Origin: Chiloscyllium plagiosum
Lineage: Eukaryota
Direction of reading: 5' to 3'
DNA length: 64,000 nt
NCBI RefSeq assembly: GCF_004010195.1
Contig: NC_057758.1
Coordinates: forward strand, 1,508,927-1,572,926
Each line of letters begins with the position of its first letter. Position 1 is the stretch's first letter. Shown one piece after another: positions 63,241 to 64,000 of the stretch. The notes below the pieces were generated by a model. That model saw only the letters and a list, made by a program, of their open reading frames with translations. It did no database searches and was not told the DNA's origin. The translations under genes were made by a program, and so were the position numbers.

Positions 63241-64000
63241 AATCCCCAGCCCTCATGTTTCAGGCCTAGAGCGATAAGCGATTCGTGATTCTCCTTTCCT
63301 GTTTTTCTTGCATCTGAAATGTCTGGTTTCATTAAGTTAGTATTTGGAATAATTCGTAAGAAGGAAGTGTCGTTTGAAACAAGCACGAAATGATTGCTTA
63401 GAAATGAGATATCACGCTTGCATATTTCTGACTCTCAGTGACGCTGATAATTCCAAAATAATATGTGATGAAAACGGCTGTGACTACCTACCAGACATTT
63501 TCCAATTACAGTTGACTCCGCCAGTCGATCCAAAGTCTGTCTCTCTCAGACGGGAAGATAGTGAGTGACCCAGAGTCTCCTGGGAATGGGAGTGGGGAGC
63601 AGAGTGCCGATTGAGTTTGAAAGGATATTGTGGAGAAACACGTTCCAAAAATTCCCTCCTCCAGCAGACGAGACATCTTTCCATTAACGTTTCAAGTTGG
63701 AAAACAGTCGATAAAATATTTTAGACTCTCGAATATCTTGCCACCTAGCTCTATTCTATGTTTCAATCAGATCATGTCGGAATTGTTTGATCTCCATTGA
63801 GCACAACTACAAATGTGTTCACCTTTTGCTCATCAATCAAACGCTACTCATCAGGAATTATAAAAGGACATCTTCCTTTTGAAATGGCCTCACCTAAATC
63901 TGTCCACAGCCTTCTTGGCAAGATTATTGCAAGAGTTTTCAAAACACTCCTCTTTTCAAATGCAAGAAGCATCAACATCGCGTTTCTTTTCCCAGTTGCT

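Overview
Eukaryotic (vertebrate) genomic DNA. It is most likely a cartilaginous fish: the V-SINE/HE1-type SINEs, CR1 LINEs, Penelope-type tails and Rex1/Babar LINE fit a shark, possibly a carpet or bamboo shark (inference from repeat content only). The only host gene I can support is the 3' end of an NLR (NLRP/NLRC-like) immune receptor on the + strand. It has five in-frame phase-2 LRR exons (5911-11110) plus one decayed LRR pseudo-exon; the NACHT and N-terminal exons would lie upstream of the window. The rest is mostly retroelement debris. Three features stand out. (1) A ~23.7 kb macrosatellite (about 20045-43735) has eight ~2.7 kb units in an A-B-A-B-B-B-A-B order. Each unit is a collage of a unique segment, a LINE fragment, a Penelope-derived fold-back and a CR1 fragment carrying a variable-length (CCCTAA)n telomeric tract. 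(2) Many 120-350 bp Penelope-type tail elements carry minimal hammerhead-ribozyme cores (CTGANGA-stem-GAAA plus a palindromic ACGT or AGCT helix III); several have clear 9-13 bp target-site duplications. (3) Several minisatellites were built from pieces of retroelements. Boundaries of degenerate repeats are approximate and were read by eye; no database search was possible.
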